From Bilabrum cf. latius (taxonomy: Eukaryota), in assembly GCA_965178125.1 (NCBI GenBank), contig OZ237755.1:62001-126000 (forward strand): 64,000 nt of DNA, written 5' to 3'. Below are positions 1-13,165 of the stretch, in pieces (the stretch's first letter is position 1; every line of letters starts with the position of its first letter). The notes below the pieces were generated by a model. That model was not told where the DNA came from. It saw only the letters and a program-made list of their open reading frames with translations, and made no database searches. The position numbers and the translations under genes are program-made.

Positions 1-3000
1 CCCCGCTTGCTCGCCTTCCCTCCCATCCACCCGAATCCCTTAAGATCGTCACCGTCTACCGCCAGAGGCGCCTTTGCCCGAGAGGCGGCCAGCAGCGCCT
101 CAAGCTGATGGTCCCGCTCAGAGACACGAGGGCCATGACCAGAGCCTTGAACGGAGCCTCGCCGCCCGGCCTCCTCACCCCCTCCCAGGGAGCCACCGAT
201 CGAGCCGCTGGACCCCCCAGCAATTGCCTCCCGCTCATCCAGTTCCCCAGGATAGCCCGACGGAGCAACAAGCCCAGCAGCCCCTGCCCCTGCTCCTGCT
301 CCTGCCCCTGCTCCTGCTCCTGCCCCTGCTCCTGCCCCTGCTCCTGCCCCTGCTCCTGCCGCTGCTCCTGCCCCTGCCACTTCCCCACCCTTGGTCCCCA
401 TCCTGGGACCCCTGAGCTCGTCCAGCCTCCCCGCCTCGAGCAGCTCAAGGGCCCGCACAGCCCTCCCCGCCGCCCTCTCGCTCTCCTCCCTCTCCCGGGC
501 CAGCCAGCCGGCCGTGTCCACGCCCACGTGCCAGTTAGGATTGCGCCCGCTCGCAGTCAGCGCGCGAGTTAGGATGCCCCTGTTCCCTGGGCCACAGTCC
601 ACCATGCCCACGTGCCTGCAGCACTTATCCCACCCGGCGGTGAGCAAGTGCAGGTCCATGTGCTGGTGCTGCAGCCGAGCCATGCCGGTCACCGCGCCCG
701 CGTGCAGCACCGTGGTCCAGCCCACGTGCAGCAAAGCAGGCGCCTGCACATATATGTGAGGCGAGCCTGCTAGCAGCACGGGCTGTCGCTCTGGCGCGAA
801 TCCCCCCGCCGAAGCGATCTCCACCAGCGCTCGCTTCCTGTCCTGGCCCCCCAACCGGGCCAAAGAGTACACGGAGCTCTTGAGCTCGGCCGACGACATG
901 TCCAGAGAATGCCGGCGCCGGAGCCCCGGGGCTTGCAGTGGGTTTCCCGCCGCCGCCGCCTCTGCGACCCTGGCCTTGTGCACCTCGAATGCCTTGAGCA
1001 CATCCGTGAGGAGCCAGCGGGACACGCGGCCCTCATCCGAGGCCGTCACCAGGCTGAACGTGTCGGGGCAATAGAGCATGCACGTGGCGTACTCGTGCGT
1101 GTCCTCGTCAGCAGAAGTCGGTGCCACATCGTCCCCACCCTCATCGCCAGAGGGATGGTCAGGACCGGCGCTGTCAACCGCAAAGCCGCCTAAGCCCCTA
1201 CTGGATCCAGGCCGGCCTCCGGACCTGCCGCTGCGTCTGCTGTGTGACTCCCGGATGTCGTGCTTGGCCGCCTCCACCAGCTCGTCCTCTGCCTGCTGCA
1301 GCCCTGGATCGGCCCACTCGTCGGCTTCCCCTCCATACCCCTATCCCTGTCCGCCCGTCCCACTGCCACTGTCTGCAGCCATCGTCCCATCGAAGCGCAT
1401 CTTGCTCACACTCGTGCGCCGAGTCAGGTGCTGCGACAATGCGTCCGATTCCAGGACACCCATCCCCACCCAACCAGCAGAACCACCCCGGCTGCCCCCC
1501 TTCCTGTCCTCCATGGCCTGCAGCTGGGCGAGCAGGCCACCCACACCTCCTCCTGCTCCTGGGCCCCCATTCTCTCCACCCGCGGCCGCTGCGAACGCCT
1601 CTTTTCGCTGCAGGCTGTGTTTCTCCTGCTGCTTTTTCTTAAAGTCCGAGTAGTCCGCCTTGAATGCATCGGGATACTTTCTCATGAGCTCCAGCCGCTC
1701 CTCGTCCGCCCTGTCCTGCTCCCGCTTGAGTCGACGGCCCTGGATCACAGACATGAAGTCTGCCAGCTTCTTGGCAGCTTTCACCGCGGCCCCCGTGGGG
1801 TCCAACCATGACAGCGGTGCCAGCCGGAATGCAGCCAGCAGAGGCATGGTCCCTGATGACGGGCGCGCGCTCCAGAACGTGATGGTACCCGTTGTGTCCG
1901 CCACGGCGATCACTTGCTCCCTTGTGATTTCAGTGATGCAAGTCACCGCGCCCGCCACCCGGACCCTCGATTCCAGGTGCCCCGTCGTTCGCTGGTAGGC
2001 GTTGACGGCCCCAGACACGTCCCCCACCACGACCAGGTCCTGCACCTGCGACTCGCCCCGCACACCAATCACACAACTCACCTCGTCTTGCGGCCGAGAG
2101 TGCCCAGTGGCAAGCACAGTGTGGTTGTCCGGGTGCGTCCCCTTGCCATCCCGCACCGAGTGCAAGAAGACCACCCCACGGCGCCCCCTATCTCTCCATT
2201 GGGGGACGACGGGGCCTCTGGCGCCATCGGAGCCCTCTACGGTACTAACACGGCGACCGCTGTCGGTTGAAGTGCCACTGGAACCACCTCGCTTGCCTAT
2301 TTTTCGGCTCTGCAGCACCTCTGTGGACACACTAACCACTTGTCTGCGGATCCAAGCGACCCCATTTACGGGCCGCCCGTGAGACCGCAGGCTCCGAATG
2401 GTGTGCCCCGACGCGGCGTTGTGCGTCTGCACCGCTCCGCACTCGCACCCCACGGCGAATGTTACCCCCCTGGGATCCATGACCAGGCACTGGATGTTAG
2501 ACGGCGCGATATCCTTATAGACATTCAGCAACACGCCCACGATTGCGCTCCAGGCCATCACGCTGCGCCCACTAACTGTGAGCACGAGGGCGTGCTCGCC
2601 GGAGAAAGCGACCCCGGTGAGTGGGGTCTTGTTGGTGCGCACCAACAGCTCCGGCTCTCTCTGCTGCGAGTACATGTGCAGCGCTTTCAGGCCCAGCGCC
2701 AGCTACAGCTGCGGACCGTCGATCCCTGCGGCACTTTTGGCCGCTGCCTTGGCAGCCGTGGCCTCCTGCTCTGCCAGTCGGCGCTGAGCCACTCCACCCG
2801 CAGCGCTCTAATCTAGTGTACCCCCAACCAATGTCCCCACACCTCCACCCCTATGCCTGTGCTACTTGCGCTAGGGCCGCACGCACAGATCAAAGGACCG
2901 GAGGTAGCTCCCGGCGGATTTTGGGTCCCCTGGCCGCACGGATTCCTGGGTCTGTGTGCCGACCGTCTCGGCCACGTGAAACTGCTGCATGGGCCGCACA

Positions 3001-4802
3001 GGGGAACGGAGGTCCCACAGAGACACCACCCCGTCCAGCGATGCAGTGAGGATGTCGCCTGTCTCTTGGCAGCAGCGGACCCCCACCAACGGGGTCTTGT
3101 GCCCCTGGAGCGTCAGCACGCTGGACGAGACCTATGGGCTCCAGACCCTCGCCGAGTGGTCGTACGACGCACTCAGCAACAGAGACCTCTCCGCGAATAG
3201 ATCCAGCCCCACCACGCCCTGGTCGTGCCCCCGCATCACCGTCTCGCACTCCCCCGAGGTGACGTCCCATATTCTCAGCGTGCGGTCGTGCGAGGCGGAG
3301 GCTACACGGTCCTGCGTGGGGACGTCGCAGATGGCCGTGCACGCGTCTGAATGTCCCTTCATGGTGGTCAGCTGCTGCCCTGTGCTCACGTTCCACGTGT
3401 AGATCACTCCCTGGTTCGCACCACCGCTGTACAGCAGGCCGTACCGCCGCAGAAAGCTCAGGGTCAGCTGGGCCTGCGGCGTGGGCCATGACTGCACAAC
3501 CTGGTATTGCTTGGGGCCCGGGCTCAGGTCCCAGAGGGCGATGGTCGAGTTGCTGGCGGCTGTAAGAAGGAACGTTTTGTCTCGGGCGCTGGCGCTGCTG
3601 GCCATGAAAGGCTCCACAGCCTCCACCTGCGCCCCCTGTCCCTGCAGCAGAGCGAAGGGCCGCAGCCCAAGCCTGGGAGCTCTGTTCTCGTCCGAGTCGT
3701 CCAGCGCAAACGCGCCCAGCTTGCCACTGTTCGACCCGCCGCCACCGTGCTGCTGCGACTGTTCCCCGTGAATTCCAGTGGCCAGCGTCTCCCCATCCGA
3801 GGCTATCCCCGCGGCGGGAGGCCCTTCGTTCCCTCCCTCCAGCCCCATCAGAGTGATGCCCCGCTTGCGGCCCTCCACCACGGCCAACGAGTCCAAAGAG
3901 GGTATGTACCGCACGATCGTCACACCCTCGGCGGTCGTGGAGGAGGAGGAGCCCCCCTCTCCGCCCCCCGCACCCCCGTCCCCCGCTCCGCCCAGGATCC
4001 CCGCACCCACGACTCCTGCCCTACCATTCGCATCCGCAATGGGAGGCACCGGCACTGCGCTGCGGCCGACCTCACGGGCTGCCTGGGCCGCGCCCACGGG
4101 ATCTAGGGAGGTCTGTACGCGACGAGCATCGCTACGAAGCCTATCCAAGTCTCCTACTGTTCGTTCGGTTACGATCGACGTGAGCTTGTCAGCATCTACA
4201 CGCTCCCCTGCCAGCAAAGTGTGCCGCTTGAGCACCTGCTTCAGGCGCGAGCCGGCCTGTTTCTTGGACAGAACTACTGAAGACTCGCCTTGCACCGCCA
4301 ATGCAGCATCGGTTGTGCTTGCACCTGATGACACATAGACTGCAGCCCGATCGAACGTCGCAACCTGGCCAGAGCGAGCCTCCCGCTCTGCGATCAAAGC
4401 GGACTATTGCAGTACGAAGGCGCTCATCTCGCGCCAATCCACAGACCCGTCGCCGTCCGTATCTAATCTATCAAATATTCGGTAAACTGCCGCCTGAATA
4501 ACTTGCTGGCCAAGCTCTACCTCCACTGCGAGCTCATCAGTGCTGGTCGCTCCTAGTTTCGGGGCCGGCTCCCCTTCCAACGGAAACGCGCCTTCCCTCC
4601 TCAGCCGAAACTTTTTCGGTAGCAATCGCAGCATAATGGCAGCAAATTCGTCCCTCGAAAGTCGTGTGTGTGGTCGCATTTCGAACTCCTCTCGTAGTTT
4701 TATCTAGGACCCAGGGTCGTTCAGATTCATCAAAATCACGTCTACGGCACGCATGGAGCGGCGCTACACCTATCCAAACAAGCTGGTTCTTGGACTTTCC
4801 AT
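1..4802 (-). CDS. EF-hand + WD40-repeat protein (WDR49/WDR64-like); 3' end runs off the window
   Basis: One continuous frame from ATG 4802 to the window edge if 10 TAGs are read as sense (4770, 4764, 4704, 4404, 3132, 2871, 2862, 2808, 2703, 1341). EF-hand 'FDRLDTDGDGSVDWREM' is followed by WD40 repeats 'KGHSDAC..ASASHDRTLRIWD', 'RGHDQGV..SASYDHSARVW' and 'QGHKTPL..TASLDGVVSLWD'. ORFs 4404..4679, 3132..4397, 2871..3119 and 1341..2675 share one frame. Confidence 0.85.
284..378 (-). repeat. Hexamer microsatellite (ctgctc/ctgccc)n encoding a (Gly-Ala)n tract in the WD40 gene
   Basis: Direct reading of cctgcccctgctcctgctcc...; translates as GAGAGA in the gene frame. Confidence 0.8.
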
Positions 4803-4921
4803 TGTTGATGCTCCTGGACCCGGTGGTCAACGTTTTTAGTTGTCGGCATCCGTTGAAGGAGCTGCGCACGTAATTCCGGCTTGGGCCCGCCAGACGCGTG
4901 TTTCCTCACGGGCTCATTGCG

Positions 4922-6931
4922 ATGATACTAGCTGCGCTAGCGTTGCTCGCACACGTAATTGTAGGGCGCACATATGTAGATATATCACCCTCGGCGTGCA
5001 TTTCATCTGGGTCTTGGAAACTCGCAAGCAGCGGGCCGATTGTCTCAGGTAGCAGAATTCGATTTTTACCGTGGGCAGACAGCTTGCGAGAAGACCACGT
5101 GTGGGCTGATGTGTTGACAGCAGCATCACATGCATTTGCATTTGTTGAACTTCGCGCCGTATCTGGGCATGGAGCTACATTGCCGGTGCAAGCGTACAGC
5201 CGAGGCGGCAGCCGATTGCAAGCAGCGGGCGGCCGCAATTCCATTCGACTGTCTCCGTTCCAATCTGCCGAGCTTGTGATAGGTCAACAGTCTGGTTTAA
5301 CGTCAAAGGTTAGCTTGCATTGCAGATTGAACGCCTCGGACCCTAGCAACTGGATCCATCCCGTGTGTGGATGCCTCCTGGTTCTCGTTGCAGGCCCGCT
5401 TGCGGCCGCCGCCCTGGGTTGGCTGTAGGTGCAGCGCAGACGCTAGGGGTGTGGTTTCATATTCAGTATCGGTGCCGTGCTTGCACTCGCTCATGTTGCC
5501 GCTATCGTGACTCCTGTGGCCTCCCTCCGCCGAGTAGTTGACTTGAGGGCTTGTCCTGCCGACCTGCGAGCCACTGGGCCAGGGCCAGGGCCAGGTGCAG
5601 GCAGTCAAGGGCGCTCCCATGGCATTACACACGGAGTCGAAGACTTGTCAGCGCCTCGGTACGTTGCCTCGCGCTCGAATCGTCTGCCCAGTGCGCCTCG
5701 GGCGAGCAGCAGCCGCGCTGCAATTCCCACGTGGACACAGCGGACAGGGAGCCCCAGGGCGGGTGTAGGCGAGGGGGTTGTTGCCTAGGAGTAGACCAGT
5801 GGATGGCAAGATCATGACGCTGGAATTGATAGTGGGCATGCCTCAAGCCTGGCTCCTGGGGCTGTGCACGGCGTGCGCGGGCTGGCGGGCGTGGCGGCGG
5901 CTCTGCTGGACGGGGATACCCTGGGTCGGCTGGGCAGGGAGGCAACAGCAGGGGCTGCGGATGGCCTGACAAGTGAAATACGGGTTCCTCGATGGCTTGT
6001 GAGGTCGAGCGTGGATGCAGCCAGGCAGCAGCAGCGGGCAGGAGGCTCGGCTGCAGGCCAGCAGGGGGGGTGGGATCCGCTGCCGTCCGTTCTCCCCGTG
6101 GCCATCGAGGACTCGGATGCGTGCTGGGGGGAGGAGGGGATGGAGAGGGGCACTGGAGGAGGGGTGCGGGTGCTGCTGCGAGTAAGCTGGGCAGCTGTGG
6201 CGCTGTGGGCGTACATTGCGGGGTGTGGGGTGCTGCTGGCTGGGCTGGCGGTGGCGTGTCCAGGACAGGGCCAGGGCCGGGACCAGAGCCAAGGCGAGGG
6301 TGCAGCGAGAGATAATGTCAGGTGGGAGGGGAGTGGGACGGGCCCGGGGCCGGGGTCAGGATCGGGGAAATGGAGAACAACCGTTGGGGCCCAGGGCGGC
6401 TCGAGGCCGGGTCCAGGCACATTGAGGGAACAAGGAACGCTGTCGTGCAATGCACCCAGCGGCACTCGCGGGCCCGGCCCCTGGATCGCGCAGGGTGCTC
6501 TGCAGGCCCTGGGACTGCTGGTGCTGGCCTCGAGCTGCGCGCACGCGGGGGTAAGCGCGGGGCTAGTGGTGGGAGCGGGGTGGCTCGCGTGGGGGCGGCG
6601 GTGCAGTTGGCGGGGTTGCTGCGAGTGTGCCGATTCGGGGGCTGCCAGAGCAGATCATTGCTGTCGTGGCGGGTGCTTGGGCTGCGCCGGTGGCTGCTGT
6701 ACATGGATCTGCTGTGCATGCAGCGCAATTGGAGCAGCGTGCTCGCTGGGGGGTAAGAGGGAGTACGATGGCGGTATAAGTACGCGTGCAGGTCATGACG
6801 CAAGTAGGTCCACCGGCAGCACAGCGCCCGCAGCTGCCCGACGGCGATCAGATGTTCGTCTGGCGCGTGCGAGCTCGATTGGGCCAGATTTATCGATGCG
6901 AAGGCGGGTGGCTGCAGTGCCGGACAATTGA
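4922..6931 (+). CDS. Predicted signal-peptide, multi-pass membrane protein of unknown function
   Basis: ORFs 4898..5428, 5477..5788 and 5864..6931 share one frame, joined by TAGs at 5426, 5444, 5786 and 5792, and end in TGA. Hydrophobic N-terminus MILAALALLAHVIVG, several hydrophobic segments and a Cys-rich tail. Confidence 0.6.
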
Positions 6932-7265
6932 TACATTGGATCAACGCGTTGATTTTATGCAGGTTGTTGGCAGCTGAATTCGCTCTGCCCCTACGGCCAA
7001 GGCTATCCCCGGATGGCAGCAATGGCTGTTCGTGCAATTGAATCCGTATGCGGCCGGATGCGACCTAGCTGCCCATCCGGAGCGATTCTAGATTCTAGAT
7101 CTAGTGGTTCACGTCCGGCCCGCTCGTCGTTGGGATGCGGGGGAGGACACACTTTGGACTGATTCTCCAGTGAATACAGTGAGACCAGGTTGATTTCGTT
7201 AGTCTGCAGTACGCGCTCCGTTCAGCAATCTGGATGCGCACCGCATCATGCTGTCTACCACTCGC

Positions 7266-10200
7266 TCACTGCAAGAGCCCGAGGAGAGCCATGGGGTCAG
7301 CGCCTGAGGGTGCACCCCCAGAGCTGGCCGCAGCGGCGGGCCGTCTCCCCCGCCCCCGGCCCCGGCCCCTCCCCCTCGAGACTGGTGGCAGCATCGACAT
7401 GGGCGGCAGGTCGCCGGACTAGCTGGCAGGCTTGCGGACAGGAGACGCAGTCGGTACACCCGCGAAGATGTCGGCCAGCGGGTCCTCGGCTGCCTGTGCC
7501 GCTGGTCTACTGCTCTTGCTGCCAGGCGTGTACCCCAGCCCGGGGGGATACACCTTGGACTTGGACTTGGACGCCGGCGCTGGGCTCGCTGGTGGCAGCG
7601 CAACGGCGCCGTCACCGGGCTGAGACCCGCCCGCGCTGCCTAGCATGCGCAGGACCTCATCCGCCACCGTGTCTCGTGTCACCGGCTCGTCCACCTCTGC
7701 CCCATGCTGGCCCTGGCCCTTGCCACCCTGCCCGGTCCCCGCGCCCCTCGCACGGCGCTGCCTGCGAGCAGCCCTGGCAGGGTCCATGCCCACCGGCACA
7801 CGGCCCTCCTTGGACAGCGTGGACACCAGCGGGGCGGGCTCCGAGGGACCCGCTTGTTCCCTGGAGCTGCCCCTGCCCTTACCGCTGGCTCGCGAAGAAG
7901 ACCTGCTGCCCTGCCCCTGCCCCTCCCCGTTCACGTCATCCTTGGCCCAGTCCTCCACGGGCGCGTCCCCGTCCATGTCCAACTCCTCCCCCTCCTCCTC
8001 GCGCCTCGCTGCGCGGGCCTCCGCGCGCCGCTGCTCCTCGGCCTCCACGGTCTCCTGGACCAGCTCCCTTGCCCGCTCCACCTGCGCTGCCCGCCCCTTG
8101 AGCACCACAACCCCCCTCTCCCTGTCGATGTCCACACGAGCGCCCGACTCGTCCTGGATCTCCCGCACCCTCGCTCCCTTGGAGCCCACGATGGCAGGGA
8201 TGCTGCTCCCGTGCACAGGCACCTCCTCCACGGCCCGGTCCTTCCGCGCATCGACCGCCCCCTGCAGCACCTCGGAGAGCGCCTCTACCGCCTCGTCCAG
8301 CGCCTCCTGCGAGTCGGCCTGGACCGAGATCTCCCTCGGAGCCATGTCCTGCGCGTCGGCGGCCTCGCCCTCCTGCCGCTCCGGCCGCGGGCCCACGTTG
8401 ATGCGGGCGTGGGTGGCAGCCTCCACCTCACGCAGCGCCGCCGCCTGCCCCCTCATGAGTGCACCCACCGCGAAATCAGGGCACACCACCCGGCACCGCA
8501 TGGCCTGCAGCTCCCGGACGGCCTCCCTCACCGCCTCTGCACCCCGCTGCAGCGTCTCCTCGTCCCCAGCCCGAACCACCACGGATGCCATAGACACCGC
8601 CGGTGCCTCAACGCCGATGCACACCACGCGAGCCCCGGCCGCCGCCCCATCCGCGCCCGCCCTGCGGACCGATGCAGATCTCCGAATGTCGATCCTGCAC
8701 CCGGTCCTCTTCTGCAGGGCCTGCACAGTCTTGCCCTGCTTGCCCACGAATCCGCCCAGCAGCGAGTCTTCCAGCAGCACAGTAGCAGTGCGCCTCGCAT
8801 CCGCCGCAGCAGCCTTGAGCACAAGCTCCTTGCCCTCTTCTGCCGAAGCGGCGTCGAGCGCACACACCACCACGTGGTTGGCGGACGCGTTGGTCCACAC
8901 CGATGAGCCCGGCAGCGCGTCCTGCACCCGCTGCAGCGGGGTCCGGGAGTCGGTGGGCGTGGCCCCGCCCGCCTCCTCACCCTCCTCCTTGCCGCCCTCT
9001 GTGCCCTCGGCCTGCGCCTGCGCCTGCGCCTGGGGTGCCTCCTCGAGGGCGGCGGCCGCGCCCTCCTCCAGCTCCACCAGCTGCACCGCCGCCCCGATTG
9101 TGTGCGCGAGGATGACCTCAACGGAGTGCACCGCCTTGGCCAGCGCCCCGCTGTCGGCCGAGGTCAGCACCAGAGGAGTGCGCACAGGCATGCCCTCATC
9201 CCCAGCTCCATCATCTGCCTCCACCTCCACCTCCGCCTCTCCCGCGGCGGGAGCATCATCCGGTGAGGCCCCCGCCCCCGAGGCGGGCTCTGCCTCCTTG
9301 CCCTTGCCAGCATCTCCCGCGGGTTTCTCCAGCCTCCAGACCTGCCTGGGCTGCAGCGTGAGCCCGAACGGGTCCGCCGCCACCTAGGCCGCCGACCTGC
9401 CCCCTCCTCCTCCTCGCGAGGACCCCTCCTGCCCCTGACCAGCCCCTCCCGCGGACCCTCCTCTCGCCGCAAGAGGCCCCGCCTGCGGCATGCTGCCGCC
9501 AGCCGCCCGGATCTGCTCGCCGAGCAGCACCCCCTTGACTCCCGAGCCCCGGATCACTCGCACCAGAGAGGCGCGGGCGGGGCCTGCCAGGCGGCGCGCG
9601 TGCGGCCGCAGCAGGGGCAGCACGGCCACGCTCCCCCGCGCCATGCCCTGCACGGCGGCCTGCGTGGCCACGGCCTCAGCGGGCGAGCCTCTTACGGACA
9701 CGGTCGTGTTGCCGCCCACCACTGCCCCCCGCCTGCGGTCGATGTCGATGCGTGCCCCCAGCTGCTGCTGCAGGGCGCGGATCGTGGCCCCCCTGCGGCC
9801 AACCAGCTCGTTCAGCTTGGCCTCAGGGAAGCTCACCTCCAGATCGAGCTGCACTGCCCCCCGCAGCAGCTCCCGCACCTCCGCGGCGCACGCCTCACAC
9901 GCCTCTGGCTGGCCCCTAACGGCCAGCATGCCCCTCTCCCGGTCGATGCCCAGCCTGCACTCGTGCTTCTCCTCCAACCCTCGCAGGGTGCCGCCCCCGC
10001 GCCCCACCACGGCCCGGATGCAGTCGTCCAGCGCGCGATCGTCGGCCTTCATGACGTCCCGGCGCGCCCTCCCCGGCTCCAGAGGATCCAACGGGGCCCC
10101 GCTCTTCTTGCCCCTGCCGCGCCCGCGGCCCCTGCCCCGGCCGCGGCGCCTGCCGCCGCCACTCCCCCCACCCGTGGCCTGCAGCGCCGCCTCCAGCTCG

Positions 10201-12926
10201 CGCATGGCCGCAGGCGAGGGCCGCAGCGGCACCTCCACGACGGACAGGTCCAGCCCCGCCGCCTCCCGGATGGCCTCCACGGCCGCGTCCAGCTTCTCCT
10301 CGGGGGCCCGGATGTACACGTTGCCCTCTCTGTCCACCCGGATGGTGGCCCCCGTGTCCTCCTCCAGCTGGCGCAGGTTCTTGCCCCCCTGCCCGATGAA
10401 CTCGGACTCGAACCCGCGGGGCAGCCGCAGCTGCCGGTTGGTCCTCGCGATCTCGTCGAGGGCCGCGCGCACCAGCTCGGCCCCCTTGGCCGCCGTCTCC
10501 TTGGTGCCCGTCACCTCCACGAGTCCCCACTCCCGGTTGACCCTCAAGTCCTCGCACCCGGCCTCCTTCTGAAGCCGCTGGATGTTGCTGCCCTTCTCGC
10601 CCACCAGGTCGCCCACCACGTCGCCCGCGGGCAGCGGCACCTCCTCCATCACGTGCGCGGCCAGGATCTCCTCCACGAGCGCGCGGGCCTTGGCAACAGC
10701 CTCCTCGCTCCCGCTCAGGAGGACCTTGCCCGGGCCTCGCCGCGGCTGAGGGCCCCTGCGCCTGCCCCCCTTGCCTCCCCTGCGGCCCCCTCCCCCTCCC
10801 TGCGAGGACCCGCCCCCGTTTGCCCCCTCGGGCGGGGTCAGCTTGGGTCCTTTCTTGACGTCGATGGCCGCCTCTGACTCCTGCTGCAGCCGCTGGATGG
10901 TGGCCCCCTTCTTGCCCAGCAGGGCAGGTATGACGTGGTCCCCCACCTCGATCTCCTCCTGCGTGTAGGCCCCCACGGCCTCCTCCACCATGCCCTTGGC
11001 CTTGGCCAGCACCTCGGGGTCCTCCGCGCGGATCTGGATCAGGGCACGGCCCGACTCGAGCGGGACCGGGGGCGCGCGCCCGCCCCTACGCCCTCCCCCG
11101 TCTCCCGGGAGGAACACGTCGATCTCGGCCCCGCTGTCCTGTCGCAGGGCCTGGATGGCCTTGCCCCGCTGGCTGATGAGCTGCTTGGCGGGCAGTTCCC
11201 CCACGAACATGCGCACCCGAGTGGTCTCGAAGGTCTCGATCATCGCGGCGATGGCCGGGAGGGCAGCATCCAGCTGAGCCCTCGTGCCGGACACTGTCAG
11301 CTTGGCAGTCTTCCCGTCCGCTGCCTGATCCTCCTCATCGTCATCGTCCTCATCCTCCTCGCTGTCGTCAGCGCCGCTGCCCGCCTTCTCCTCCTCCCTG
11401 CCACCAGCAGCAGCACCGCCCCGCCCCCCGCGGCCCCGGCCCCCTCTTCCCCTGCCCCTTCCGCTCGCCCCCCTGTCGATGTCGATCTTGACCCTGCTTC
11501 CCTTCTGCAGCTCCTGGATGTGCTTGCCCTTGTCCGCCAGCAAATACCCGATGAAGTCCGACTCCACGGGCACGACCTCCCTGTGCTCTGCCTGCTCCTC
11601 CACGATCTCCCGCAGGCGAGCCAGCGCCGCCTCCAGCTTGCCCCCGTCCAGGCTCCACACCTCCACGCGCACGGTCACGTCGTCCAGAGAGGTGACCCCA
11701 TCTTCCAGCGCGGCCCCGCGGTCGCCCACCTCCACCCGCACGTGTTCGTCCGCCTGCAGCTCCCTCAGATTCTTCCCCTTGGCCCCGATCACGCCGGGCA
11801 GCGACCGCAGTGGCACCTCCACGCCCCGGCACGCGCCGGCCGCCATCTCGGACAGCACGGCCGCGGCGGATCGCGCGTTGGCCCGGGTCCCGCTGGCAGT
11901 GAGCGTGGCGGTATCGTTGCTGAGCCGGCCCCCCTCCCCCCTGTCGATGTCCACCCGCACGGTGTGCTCCCCCTCGAGGGCCTTGAGTGCGCTCGCCGAG
12001 TCCGCCAGCAGCAAAGAGGCGAAGGCTCCGGGCACCTTCGCGGTGGCCTTCTCGTTCGCGGAGAGCTCCCGGATTCGGTCCCGGGCGCTCTTAATGCCTG
12101 CCGGGATGCCCCTCACACGCACCAGAACCTTGCCGCGGCGGTGCGCTTCCACCGCGTCAGCGCTTGGGAGGGGCGGGCCGCCGCCGCGACGACCCCTGCG
12201 CACAGGCTTGCCTCCGGCGGCTGCGGCTGCCTCTTGCTCCTGCAGCTCAGTCTGGTGCTTCTCGAATCGCTCCTCGTCGCCCTCCCGCAGCGTTTCGATG
12301 TCAAGGACCACCCCGGAATCGTTCTCGATCACCTCTTTGGCGGCGCCGCCGCGTCCCAGCACGCGAGACAGCGCGTCGCGTGGGATTTCAAGGGTCTCTT
12401 CCATGATGCTACTTGCATCGATTGTGACTCCAGGGTTGGCAGTCTGTATGCGGTCGCGGAGTAGCTCGCGCCGGAGCTTAGGCCGCACCGTGTCGAGGTT
12501 CGTTCTTATCTTGTCGAGCCTTCCGTCAAGCGTTTTGCGGAGCTCCTTTAGCTCATCAATCCGTTTCTACAACCCTGCCCTGCCGTCCAGGTCGCGCATT
12601 TGCCGCTTCAGGGTCTGGATCTAACGCATGATACCGCGCTCTTCCGATGACGGCAAGTTGCTCGAGCTCTCGAGGTAGTACTCCAGGTCATCAACTTCGT
12701 CCTACAAAGACTGTGCTGACCTGCGCGAGCCCTTTGGATTTCGCTTGAACAGAGCAGCAAGCTCATCCGAGACGCTTCGAACCTGTTTCAGAGTAGATTC
12801 GCGGTCGGCCTCGAGCTTGAGAACCAGGGCCTTTAGCGACTCCGACATGCTCTCCTCCTCAACATCTGCGCCTCCAGCAACAGGCCCGCTAGAAAAGAAT
12901 GATGACGAGCTGCCTACGGCAGCCAT
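7266..12926 (-). CDS. Vigilin-like multi-KH-domain RNA-binding protein with N-terminal coiled coil and RGG tracts
   Basis: Single frame from ATG 12926 to TGA 7266 with TAGs at 12702, 12621, 12567, 9384 and 7419. More than 10 KH GxxG loops (VLGRGG, VIGAKG, LLGKKG, LVGEKG, FIGQGG, VVGRGG, LVGRRG, FVGKQG, IVGSKG), each followed by a 'xIDI'-type strand. Confidence 0.85.
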
Positions 12927-13165
12927 ATTGAGCGGTAGTCCGCCTAGAATCAATACACGTTGGCACTGGCGATGCGGCCGGTTTTCGAGTCATAACAACA
13001 CGCTACTTTGTTTCCGGAACCAAAAACAAATTGGTCACTCCTCTGCACAATATCGGCACAGTGCGGGCAGAAGGTGTTTATTAGCGCGTTCGCGTAGCAC
13101 ATGGCGTCTATTACAGCTCGCTGGAGGGTGCACCACGGATGAAGCGCAATACTTGGCAGTGAAAC

